Positions 46,401 to 54,391 of a DNA stretch of 64,000 nt are shown in pieces. The DNA comes from Polyangiaceae bacterium (GTDB lineage Bacteria > Myxococcota_A > Polyangia > Polyangiales > Polyangiaceae). The stretch is taken from NCBI GenBank assembly GCA_033763455.1, contig JANRKO010000028.1, positions 160,001 to 224,000 on the forward strand, read 5' to 3'. Within the stretch, counting starts at the first letter, position 1. Each line of letters begins with the position of its first letter. The translations under genes were made by a program, and so were the position numbers. The notes beneath the pieces are model-generated. The model was not told the DNA's origin. It saw only the letters and a program-made list of their open reading frames with translations, and did not search any database.

Positions 46401-46773
46401 CGTCCCCGAAGACGTGGCACGGCGCGTGGTAACAACGGATAGCAACGCGGGGAGCCAAAGTGGGAAGCTGACACTGCGCGACGTCGTGATTCGGGGTGGG
46501 GACATCTTTGTCAATCCACGGAGCGAACTCAGAATACCGCTTACCGGAAGTCTCAAGACTGCTATTTTTATCGACACCGGCAACGTCTGGACGGCGCCTG
46601 TCGAAGTTCTGCGCGCGCCCAGCTTGCGCTACAGCGTTGGCACGGGCCTGCGCGTAGCCACACCCGTTGGGCCTCTGGTGTTTGACTACGGGGTGAATCT
46701 TGAGCGCCTTTTTGGGAGTCGCCGACCATGGGAAGATGTCGGCGCTTTTAATTTCAGCATTGGTGTGTTCTGA
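43444..46773 (+). CDS. Omp85 (BamA/TamA family) protein with multiple POTRA domains
   Basis: FEGN, YxxxGF/Y POTRA motifs; LGVFSSV, HRNLGG, FFMGGVDSIRGF, GLRVATPVGPL; terminal FSIGVF. Confidence 0.92.
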   Translation: MWASVRPAVVLLVLSVLAFGRPVRAQAPQVEASPSGSRLVTVPTLRPLQAEGALLGQPIARIEIVSANPKWFTAKALRYVKVGESLTPAVARRALRELLTTGRYAEAGAEAEMAPEGVVLRLCVVPRRIVGSLKLRGPLLDDDEIKEATAVSVGSEITWADLAGIREKVRAHYATRGFPAARVDVEALDTDDPLRVSLVLSVATGKARTVRSRVFLVEPKSAQAEVSAILGHYAVAVGDRLDSSLVEQADTALSKDLVLAGWHNAKVTHSLGADGAALRISVQLGRRAVIEFEGNSTFDASQLLAALDLEEREDRQPESLRQRLADFYVRRGFWDANVEIFLETRGSATAVAYRFRIVEGVPLRVSSRVYPCLTGARTGEQLDAEINSFLVEDLPGPGLYTAVNSRSLDALIGPKNAGGERPRAYRPNPVDTYVPEVYDRALKHVQGLYRSAGYLSATVGPLQLMRRRCAPGSTPSQCRPLKEQTLAAAICSFDERGLPLEQPPVSDASACRVNLKTGVLCEAAAVLSIPIKLGPLTTVYDVSFEGNRTLTEQVLALNAGVKVGEPASQSLLDAARARLLELYAEEGFAFADIETNLDLSVDQTRARVRFSVIERERVRVARIVVKGARLTNENLIRGRIALVPGELYRRTLVRQTEERLATLGVFSSVTVGFEDPEVFARDKVVVVEVAERTPQYLEPQFGFSSGEGFRGTLEYGHRNLGGQAIQLTLRARLNYLPDGLILEPDVRRKRPAGIAKQLERNNSLVFLLPEVGLGPLFGLSLEGIDLRDNARDYGLVKDAGIINLGYRPSLRVSAQVGGSLEFNDATIFFDGDSDAEKQRLSDFIRANPSQRDRFRVPQGETRALTERIAFRWDRRDTPLDATSGTLTSVDVEHVNATPIGERASTNAAPAGGQTAVDPFESSRGDFFRITQRTAGYLRLNDSGLALALSLGWGVVVHTNSTSQTYPDRLFFMGGVDSIRGFPQDSVVPEDVARRVVTTDSNAGSQSGKLTLRDVVIRGGDIFVNPRSELRIPLTGSLKTAIFIDTGNVWTAPVEVLRAPSLRYSVGTGLRVATPVGPLVFDYGVNLERLFGSRRPWEDVGAFNFSIGVF

Positions 46774-46784
46774 CCGTACCCCCC

Positions 46785-48566
46785 GTGACAGAAATCCCCG
46801 TTACCCTCTGGGGTCAGCTGCGCCGGCAGTCGCCACGCTACGCGCTAGGCGTAGGGCTGCTCGCCGTGTATCAATACTCGCAATATTGGTTCGACACCCG
46901 GCTCCAAGCGGCTGTTGACGCGGGAAGCCACGGCAAGCGGGATGTAGCGCTCGTGTTGGGCGCAGAACTCGCGCTGGTGGCGCTAGGAGCTTTCTTTGTT
47001 CGCGCTTGGTCGCGGGTGGCGATGTTCAACGGTGGGCGAATAGCTGAGTACGAGCTTCGGAAGGCGCTGCTTGAGCGGCTGCACGCCCTAGGGCCATCTT
47101 TTTATCGTCGCATGAGTACCGGCGAAATCATGAGCCGCGTTACCAATGACCTCGTGCAAGTGCGCATGCTGCTCGGATTTGCAGTGCTCAATCTCGTAAA
47201 TACGCTGTTCGGGTTCATTAGCACTTTTTCGGTAATGCTCGGGATTTCTTGGAAGCTCACGCTTGGGTCTTTGGCCACTTTGCCTTTGCTCGTGTTGGTT
47301 ACCGTGCGTTTTTCCCAGCAAATGTTCGGGAAAATGCGCGCCAATCAGGAAGCGATTGGCCAGATGAACACGCGCGTTCAATTCAGCATTGCGGGAGTGC
47401 GGGTAGTGCGCGCCTTTGGGTTAGAGCGTAACGAGCAAGCAGAGTTTGAGAAGACAAATCAGGATTACCTGGAGAAGAACCTCAGCCTCGCCAAATTGCG
47501 TGGCTCGATGGGGCCGATCATGCAAGGTATTACTTCGATCGGGATCTTGATCGTTTTTTGGTTTGGTGGGCATTTGATGTTGAAGGGGGAAATTACCGCC
47601 GGTGGCTTTCTGGCTTTTTACCGTGCGCTGGCCCGGCTCAGCTGGCCGCTGATTGCGCTTGGGTTTTTGGTAGGCTTGGTGCAGCGGGGGCGCGCTTCTT
47701 ATGCACGCTTGAAGGACATTTATCTTGCCGTGCCTGATGTCGTTGATGGCACGTTGGCACTCCCCGGGCCGGTGCGTGGGGAGCTCGAAGTGCGCGATCT
47801 CAGCTTTGGCTACGGAGAGGCCAAGATCCTGCGTCATGTGAGTTTCCGGGCGGAAGCTGGCTCTTCGCTTGCTATCGTGGGCCGCACGGGAAGTGGCAAG
47901 AGCACACTTGCGATCCTTTTGGCACGCCTCGAAGATACGCCACGAGGGAGCGTCTTCCTTGACGGTGTGGACATCTGCGATCTCCCCCTTCCGACGGTGC
48001 GGGGTGCCGTGGGTTACGCCGAGCAAACGGCCTTTCTTTTCTCCACTACAGCCGGACGCAATATTGGCTACGTGTTGCCGGAGCCGGATTCTGAAGCGGG
48101 CCTCAAAACCATTCGCGAAGCAGCCCGTGAAGCGCGTATTTTAGACGAGGTGCTCGGCTTGCCCGATGGGTTTGACACGGTTGTCGGCGAACGCGGTGTG
48201 CAGCTTTCCGGAGGACAGAAGCAACGCATTGCTTTGGCTCGGGCATTTGTTGCCGATGCGAAGGTACTGGTGTTGGACGACCCGCTCAGCGCGGTGGATG
48301 CTCGTACCGAGAAAGCTATCTTAGAGGCAATCGATCGGCAGCGTGCGCGGCGTGGCCTAATTCTCATCACCCACCGTGTTGCTGCGGCTGAACGTTGTGA
48401 TCAGATTTTGGTGATGGATGGTGGTGAAATCGTCGAACGCGGGACCCACGCCGAATTGGCGCGCGCCGGCGGCCTCTACGCTGTCTTTGCTGAAGAACAG
48501 CGGATCGAGCGCGAGCTTGAAATCTTGAGCCAAGAGGGCACAGAAGCCCAGGCGGTGGGCACGTGA
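46785..48566 (+). CDS. ABC exporter, permease + ATPase (heterodimer subunit 1)
   Basis: GRTGSGKS, LSGGQKQR, degenerate Walker B LDDPLSA; TM domain. Confidence 0.93.
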   Translation: MTEIPVTLWGQLRRQSPRYALGVGLLAVYQYSQYWFDTRLQAAVDAGSHGKRDVALVLGAELALVALGAFFVRAWSRVAMFNGGRIAEYELRKALLERLHALGPSFYRRMSTGEIMSRVTNDLVQVRMLLGFAVLNLVNTLFGFISTFSVMLGISWKLTLGSLATLPLLVLVTVRFSQQMFGKMRANQEAIGQMNTRVQFSIAGVRVVRAFGLERNEQAEFEKTNQDYLEKNLSLAKLRGSMGPIMQGITSIGILIVFWFGGHLMLKGEITAGGFLAFYRALARLSWPLIALGFLVGLVQRGRASYARLKDIYLAVPDVVDGTLALPGPVRGELEVRDLSFGYGEAKILRHVSFRAEAGSSLAIVGRTGSGKSTLAILLARLEDTPRGSVFLDGVDICDLPLPTVRGAVGYAEQTAFLFSTTAGRNIGYVLPEPDSEAGLKTIREAAREARILDEVLGLPDGFDTVVGERGVQLSGGQKQRIALARAFVADAKVLVLDDPLSAVDARTEKAILEAIDRQRARRGLILITHRVAAAERCDQILVMDGGEIVERGTHAELARAGGLYAVFAEEQRIERELEILSQEGTEAQAVGT

Positions 48567-50431
48567 ACACACCGAACGGCGCTGCGGCAGAGGCCGTGTC
48601 AAAAGGCCGCGCGGAAGAGAAACTGAAAGCGTTTCACGAAGAAGCTGGCTTCGGTAAAGCGTATGATCGCCGCTTGCTGATCAAGCTCTGGCCCTATGTG
48701 CGCCCGCATCAGCGCCTGCTCTGGCTCGCTGTCCTGGTAATCTTGTTGAGTGCCGTGGGTGGGCTGGCCAAGCCTCTCATCATGAAACACGCCCTTGATG
48801 AGGGCGTGCTCGTGGGCGATGAAGGCGTCCTCATGGCCGCCGGCTTCGGGCTCGCGGCCATCGCGATTATCGAGCAAGTTTTGCTGTTTATCCAAACCTA
48901 CGCCGTGCAGATCGTCGGCGCGCGTTCGATGGCAAGCCTGAGGAGCGCAACGTTTCGCTTCCTGCACGAGCTACGGCAGGGCTTCTTCGATACACAGCCG
49001 GTGGGGCGTTTGGTGACGCGCGTTACCAACGACGTTGACGCGATCCAAGAGCTCTTCGCCTCAGGGGCCATCAATGCTGTGGGCGATTTAGTACGCCTCG
49101 TTGGCATCGTGGTGCTCATGGTGATGCTGGATCCGAAGCTTTCGTTGGTGGCTTTCGCGGCAACCCCGTTAGTGGGCCTTATGGTAGTGTTCGTGCGGCG
49201 GCGTCTGCGTGAATCTTTCCGGGAGATTCGCGCGAAAACCGCGCAGATGAACGCGAATATGAGTGAACAGGTGAACGGCATGGCCGTGGTGCAAGCCTTC
49301 ACTCAGAAAGACGCCGCGGCGCGCGAGTTTGACCAAATCAACGTTCGCTACCGTGACGCGAACATGAAGGCCATCAAGTTCGAAGCCATGCAGGATGCCG
49401 CCATTGAGATGGTGGCAGCTGTGTGTTTGGCCTCGATCATCGCGGCTCTCGGGTACCACTCGGTGAGCTTCGGCACGATCGTGGCCTTCAACGCGTACTT
49501 GCTCATGTTCTTTGAGCCTATAAGTGCACTCGCGCAGCGCTACGTGCTTCTGCAAAGTGCCATGACGGGTGCAGAGAGGGTGTTCTCGCTGCTTGAAGTG
49601 GATGCTCCCGATGCCCCCAAGCGTACGCCCGAAGAGGCAAGTGCTACTGTGCCAGTCGGCGATTCTCCCGCGTTCGTCTTCCAGGATGTCGTATTTGGAT
49701 ACAAGCCGGAACGCCCTGTCTTGCGCGGCGTTAGTATATCGGCCAAGCGCGGCGAGAAGCTCGCCTTGGTTGGGCCCACGGGCTCGGGCAAGACCACGAT
49801 TGCCTCGCTGTTGCTCCGCCTTTACGACATTCAAGAAGGTTCGATTCGCGTGCAGGGGCGCGACGTGCGCGACTTTTCCCGCGAAGAGTTGCGGGCGTGC
49901 TTTTCGGTGGTGCCTCAGGATGTTTATCTGTTTCCAGGAAGCATTGCCTCCAATGTGGCCGCGGGCGAGCCGGATCTGGCCAAGGTAGAGCGGGTGCTCC
50001 GAAAATTAAAAGCTTGGGATTTGCTTGCGTGCAGGCCAGGCGGCCTCCTGGCTCGCGTTGAGGAGCGCGCGAGTAACTTTTCGGGTGGCGAGCGCCAGCT
50101 GATAGCCTTTGCAAGAGCCCTCTACCGGGACGCACCGATCGTGATTCTGGACGAAGCCACTGCCAGCGTCGACAGCGACACGGAAGCTCGGCTCAAGGAA
50201 GCCGTGGAAGAGCTCTTGAAGGATCGGACGGCACTTATCATCGCACATCGGCTTAGTACGATTCGCGAGGCGGATCGCATCGTTGTTTTCCAAGCTGGTC
50301 GCGTTGCAGAGAGCGGCTCTCACGAGGAACTTCTCAGGCACGGCGGGCTTTACGCACGGCTGCACTCGTTGCAGTTTGCCAAAGCGCACGTGCCTCACGC
50401 GGGTGGTGCGGCTGCTGCTCCCCAGGGGTGA
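48563..50431 (+). CDS. ABC exporter, permease + ATPase (heterodimer subunit 2)
   Basis: GPTGSGKT, FSGGERQL, ILDEAT, IAHRLST; 4-bp overlap with its partner. Confidence 0.93.
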   Translation: MNTPNGAAAEAVSKGRAEEKLKAFHEEAGFGKAYDRRLLIKLWPYVRPHQRLLWLAVLVILLSAVGGLAKPLIMKHALDEGVLVGDEGVLMAAGFGLAAIAIIEQVLLFIQTYAVQIVGARSMASLRSATFRFLHELRQGFFDTQPVGRLVTRVTNDVDAIQELFASGAINAVGDLVRLVGIVVLMVMLDPKLSLVAFAATPLVGLMVVFVRRRLRESFREIRAKTAQMNANMSEQVNGMAVVQAFTQKDAAAREFDQINVRYRDANMKAIKFEAMQDAAIEMVAAVCLASIIAALGYHSVSFGTIVAFNAYLLMFFEPISALAQRYVLLQSAMTGAERVFSLLEVDAPDAPKRTPEEASATVPVGDSPAFVFQDVVFGYKPERPVLRGVSISAKRGEKLALVGPTGSGKTTIASLLLRLYDIQEGSIRVQGRDVRDFSREELRACFSVVPQDVYLFPGSIASNVAAGEPDLAKVERVLRKLKAWDLLACRPGGLLARVEERASNFSGGERQLIAFARALYRDAPIVILDEATASVDSDTEARLKEAVEELLKDRTALIIAHRLSTIREADRIVVFQAGRVAESGSHEELLRHGGLYARLHSLQFAKAHVPHAGGAAAAPQG

Positions 50432-50520
50432 AGCGCGGCAGGCAGGCCTTGCACGTAGGCAGGTAGGCCCTACAAATAGGCACACGTTGCCGAAAGTGTC
50501 GTTTGTTTTACGATACGTGG

Positions 50521-51285
50521 ATGTTACGGCGTGCCAGCATATGTGCGTTCCTGATAGCGTTCGTTGCCTTGCCTTCTGGGCATTTGGCTGCCGCCGATGA
50601 GAGCGCCTTCAGCTGCGCCCCAGGGCTATCCGAGGTGGGCCACGCAACGTGTTCCTTTGACCCAAAGCTCGGTGACAAGAACCGGACGGTGCCGCTTGTC
50701 ATCTTCCTCCACGGACTGATGCCTGGGGATGAGGCGGCACGGCACGGTTGGCAATCCTACGTTCGCGACATCGCCCAACACGCCGGCTTTGCGGTGCTGG
50801 TGCCAAGTGGGCGGCTGGGAGCGGGCCCGGGCCGTGACCCCAATATTATGGCTTGGCCCACTTCGGAACGAGCGCGTGCAGAACACGAGGCTACGGTGCT
50901 TGAGGATTGGGCGAAGGCTCGCGAGACCTTTGAAGCTGAACGGGGCAAAAAATTCACGAAAGTGTTCGTATTCGGCTTTTCCAACGGAGCCTACTACGCA
51001 ACTTCGCTTGCGGCTCGTGCTCGGCTCGCGGTGAATGGCTACGCCGTGTTCGGCGGTGGTTCTGGCGCAAGCTACCTGCGTCGCCAGGCTGCCCAAGTCA
51101 AACTCAAGCCGCCCATGTTTGTCGGCATCGGAAAGCACGACGGCGCCCGCAAGGATGCCCGTTCATTGGCCCAAATGTTGAAACGGCTCGCTTGGCCGCA
51201 TCGCTTTCGCGAAAGCCAAGGCGGTCACAACGTAACTCCGGCCCAGGCTAAAGAGGCCGTGCAGTATCTGGAGGGTGCGAAGTGA
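50521..51285 (+). CDS. Secreted esterase (alpha/beta hydrolase)
   Basis: Signal peptide, PLVIFLHG, GFSNG, GKHD, GGH. Confidence 0.85.
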   Translation: MLRRASICAFLIAFVALPSGHLAAADESAFSCAPGLSEVGHATCSFDPKLGDKNRTVPLVIFLHGLMPGDEAARHGWQSYVRDIAQHAGFAVLVPSGRLGAGPGRDPNIMAWPTSERARAEHEATVLEDWAKARETFEAERGKKFTKVFVFGFSNGAYYATSLAARARLAVNGYAVFGGGSGASYLRRQAAQVKLKPPMFVGIGKHDGARKDARSLAQMLKRLAWPHRFRESQGGHNVTPAQAKEAVQYLEGAK

Positions 51286-51304
51286 GGCTCAGTGCGGCTT
51301 CGCC

Positions 51305-51730
51305 TCAGGGCATTACACTCACAGGCGCTGCCGAAGCATCCACGCGCACAAAAAAATCGGCACAGGTATCGTTCCGTACTCGGATAACGTTGGCATCTAC
51401 CTGCTCGATCAAAGCCTCGTTGCCAGAAGCCAAAGAGAAGGAGCTGTCCTTCTCCTGAAAAGACAGAAAAATGCCAAGGTGCGTGGGCACTTTGCCGAGG
51501 CCATGGGGGAATTCGTAGCGGCGCCCTGGGGGGAAAGCTAAAAATGGTTCGCTGAAGCTATTGCTTTCGTAGTGGGTCAGCGTGGCATCGGTGTGCCCGT
51601 TTGTGTAGACCACGGTGTTCGTGGCCGAGGCCTTCGTGTCGCACGCTGAGCCACAGCCAGCGTTGCCGGAGCCGAACACGCTGCTGCCGAGGCTGAGCAG
51701 GAGCGCGACACGGCTCAAGGTTCTCCTCAT
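51305..51730 (-). CDS. Hypothetical lipoprotein/secreted protein
   Basis: Hydrophobic N-terminus ending NAG-C; beta-rich body. Confidence 0.6.
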   Translation of the reverse strand: MRRTLSRVALLLSLGSSVFGSGNAGCGSACDTKASATNTVVYTNGHTDATLTHYESNSFSEPFLAFPPGRRYEFPHGLGKVPTHLGIFLSFQEKDSSFSLASGNEALIEQVDANVIRVRNDTCADFFVRVDASAAPVSVMP

Positions 51731-51837
51731 GCCGTGTGGGGCCTTCAGGGCTCCGTGTGGGCCTTTTCTCTGCACCTGACGTGCTTAGCATGACAGGCAT
51801 CCCCGGCTGAAGAGCTGGCGTCGTCGGTAGTGGTTCT

Positions 51838-52671
51838 CTACTCGAACCAGCCCTGAACCACCGCGCGTTCGCCCAACACGGCCAATACGTCTTCCGCTCG
51901 CCCGATGTCTTTGGCGCTAAACGGACGGAAAATGCGCGCCACCTCTACCAAAACCACGAGCGTGCCGTGAACGAACAAGGGGATCATCGCCATGCCGCGC
52001 AGCCCCTCGGCGGAGCGGCCTAACCTACCCGCGATATGCCGGCCCACTTCACCGGGCTCCGGCTCCACAATCACCGTGCGATTGGCGCGTGCGGCGCTCA
52101 ACGTTGGATCGCCCTCCAGCAACTTTTCTCCTAGAAGGTGCTCGGTGCCAACGCCGTGCGTGTACATGGTTACCGTGCTTCCCAAGTCCATCCGCACTCG
52201 GTGAAGTAACGCAATATCGGCGGCGACTGCCTTGGCCACGGTAGAGAGCGTGAGCGGTAGGGCTGCCTGCAACGTCTCCGCGTGACTTAGCACGCCGACT
52301 GGATCGACCCTGGGCTGACGTGGAGTGGCATTGGTGTCTTGGCGCGGTGATTTGGAGAGCTCGGAGACCAACTGCTCACGGCTTGGCGGTGGCGGTGGAT
52401 CGGAAAGGGGGCCCGCGGCGCGTTCCTCTAGCTGGGAGCTGAGGTGGGCGAGCTCGCTGACGGTTGCCTTGAGGCCCGCGCTGCTCAGGCCCTCCACGTC
52501 GTCGAAGCCGCGCCAAACGTTCCAGCTTTCGTGCCGGACCAGCGAGCCTTGGGGAATGCGACCGCTGACGACGCCGTGAGTGAGCACGCCGAATGCGACG
52601 GGCCCCACAACGACGACCCCGTTGGTAACAAACCAGCGATCCGGTGGGGACTGTTCTCGCGGAAGCTGCAT
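51838..52671 (-). CDS. GYF_2-like + GAF domain protein
   Basis: WFV...VGPV...LV..W..W N-terminal module, poly-Pro linker, GAF end (MAMIPLFVHGTLVVLVEV..RPFSAKD). Confidence 0.7.
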   Translation of the reverse strand: MQLPREQSPPDRWFVTNGVVVVGPVAFGVLTHGVVSGRIPQGSLVRHESWNVWRGFDDVEGLSSAGLKATVSELAHLSSQLEERAAGPLSDPPPPPSREQLVSELSKSPRQDTNATPRQPRVDPVGVLSHAETLQAALPLTLSTVAKAVAADIALLHRVRMDLGSTVTMYTHGVGTEHLLGEKLLEGDPTLSAARANRTVIVEPEPGEVGRHIAGRLGRSAEGLRGMAMIPLFVHGTLVVLVEVARIFRPFSAKDIGRAEDVLAVLGERAVVQGWFE

Positions 52672-52832
52672 AAACTCAAGACCGGCTGCAGGGTAACAAT
52701 GGAAGGTAAGGAAGGACTTCATCATACACATGCCTACACTCCACCACAAGGTCGATTTCCCTGGCCCCCTTCCTCCATTCGCTGCGGTAGGCTCGTTTTC
52801 GACATGGCCTTCATTTCCGGAATCCGCTGCGA

Positions 52833-54347
52833 ATGAAACCTGGGCGCGTTTGGTTGGTTGGTGCAGGTCCCGGAGATCCAGGGCTCATTACAGTGCGTGG
52901 CCTGGAGGTGCTGCAGCAAGCTGAGGTGGTGCTTCACGATGCGTTGGCGCATCCCGCATTGCTCCAAGAGTGTCCGACGGCAGAGCTTATTAACGTTGGC
53001 AAGCGCTATGGGCGCCTCAATCCTCCGCAAGATCTGATAACGGAACAGCTCATCCACTACGCGCGTGAGGGGAAGCGGGTGGTGCGTTTGAAGGGAGGCG
53101 ATCCCTTGTTGTTTGCTCGTGGTGGCGAAGAAGCGCTGGCGCTGGCGGAGGCTGGGATCTCTTTTGAAATTGTGCCAGGCATTTCCTCGCCAGTTGCGAC
53201 GAGTGCCTACGCGGGGATTGCCCTCACGCACCGCGAGCTTTCGTCGAGCGTTACTTTCATTACCGGCTCGGATCGCGAGGGCGTGGAGTGGTCGCCTGAA
53301 TCATGGAAACGGCTAGCAACGGCGACGGACACCCTTTGCATCTTAATGGGCATGCGTCGGATAGAGGCCATCATGCAGGCACTGGTGGAGGGCGGGCGCT
53401 CACCCACTACGCCATGCGCGGTGGTGCATTGGGGAGCGCGCCCCGAACAACGCGTGGTGATGGGCTCCGTGGGCACCATTGCCGAACGCGTACGTGAGGC
53501 AAATGTAGCCAATCCATCGGTGATAGTAGTGGGGGATGTGGTGGCGCTTCGGCAAAAGATGCGTTGGTACGATAACCAGCCGCTGTTCGGGCGACGCATC
53601 TTGGTGCCTCGGGCATTGGAGCAGGCTGAGGCCACAGCTAGGGCTATTCGGGTGCGTGGTGCGGAGCCGGTGGTGGTGCCGCTCATTGGGATCCACGAGC
53701 CCCCACACCCCGAGGCGATCGATGCCACTCTTTCGCGCATAGGTACTTACGATTGGATTCTGTTCACGAGTGCGAATGGTGTTGAAAGATTTATGAGCAG
53801 GTGCTTTGCGTGCGGGCGGGACGTGCGAGCGCTCGCCGGGCCCAAGCTTGGCGTTGTGGGCCAAAAGACGGAGGCGAGCCTCAATCGCTTCAGCGTGACT
53901 CCAGATCTTGTGGCTAAAAGCTTCGTTGGCGAAGATCTCGCGCGGGCCGTTTTGGCAGAGGGCTCGGCGCGGCGTGTGCTGATCCCGCGAGCCTTGGTGG
54001 CCAATGAAACGCTACCGGGGCTTTTGCGCGCGGGCGGTGCAGAGGTGGAGATCTTGCCTGTGTACGAAACGCGTCCTGTGCCCGTAGAGAACCTACACGT
54101 GCTGCGAGCCGAGCTCTTAGTAGGTAAAATTGACGCAATCTTCCTCACTTCGGGCTCCGTGGTGGATTCCCTGGTGGAAGCGTTGGGTGCCGACGCTCTC
54201 GACCTTTTGAACCACACTACGCTCGGGGCCATTGGCCCGGTTACGCTTGAACGCGCTCGAAGCTATGGGCTAAGCGTGCCGGTTGTGGCTTCACCACACA
54301 CGGTGGATGCGCTGCTGGATGCGCTGGAGCAGCACTTCGGGTCTTAG
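52833..54347 (+). CDS. cobA: Uroporphyrinogen-III C-methyltransferase/synthase fusion (CobA-HemD)
   Basis: VGAGPGDPGL, RLKGGDP..FARGGEE; HemD part with WILFTSANGV, VYET, AIGPVT. Confidence 0.95.
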   Translation: MKPGRVWLVGAGPGDPGLITVRGLEVLQQAEVVLHDALAHPALLQECPTAELINVGKRYGRLNPPQDLITEQLIHYAREGKRVVRLKGGDPLLFARGGEEALALAEAGISFEIVPGISSPVATSAYAGIALTHRELSSSVTFITGSDREGVEWSPESWKRLATATDTLCILMGMRRIEAIMQALVEGGRSPTTPCAVVHWGARPEQRVVMGSVGTIAERVREANVANPSVIVVGDVVALRQKMRWYDNQPLFGRRILVPRALEQAEATARAIRVRGAEPVVVPLIGIHEPPHPEAIDATLSRIGTYDWILFTSANGVERFMSRCFACGRDVRALAGPKLGVVGQKTEASLNRFSVTPDLVAKSFVGEDLARAVLAEGSARRVLIPRALVANETLPGLLRAGGAEVEILPVYETRPVPVENLHVLRAELLVGKIDAIFLTSGSVVDSLVEALGADALDLLNHTTLGAIGPVTLERARSYGLSVPVVASPHTVDALLDALEQHFGS

Positions 54348-54391
54348 AGGGGGCGAGCTAACGAGCGGGATGCTGCGTGGCTAACGCGCTG

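Noticed and set aside
52672..52832. Cobalamin riboswitch before cobA
   Set aside because: No B12-box or conserved GGGAA/GCCCCCGC/GCCACTG motifs visible.
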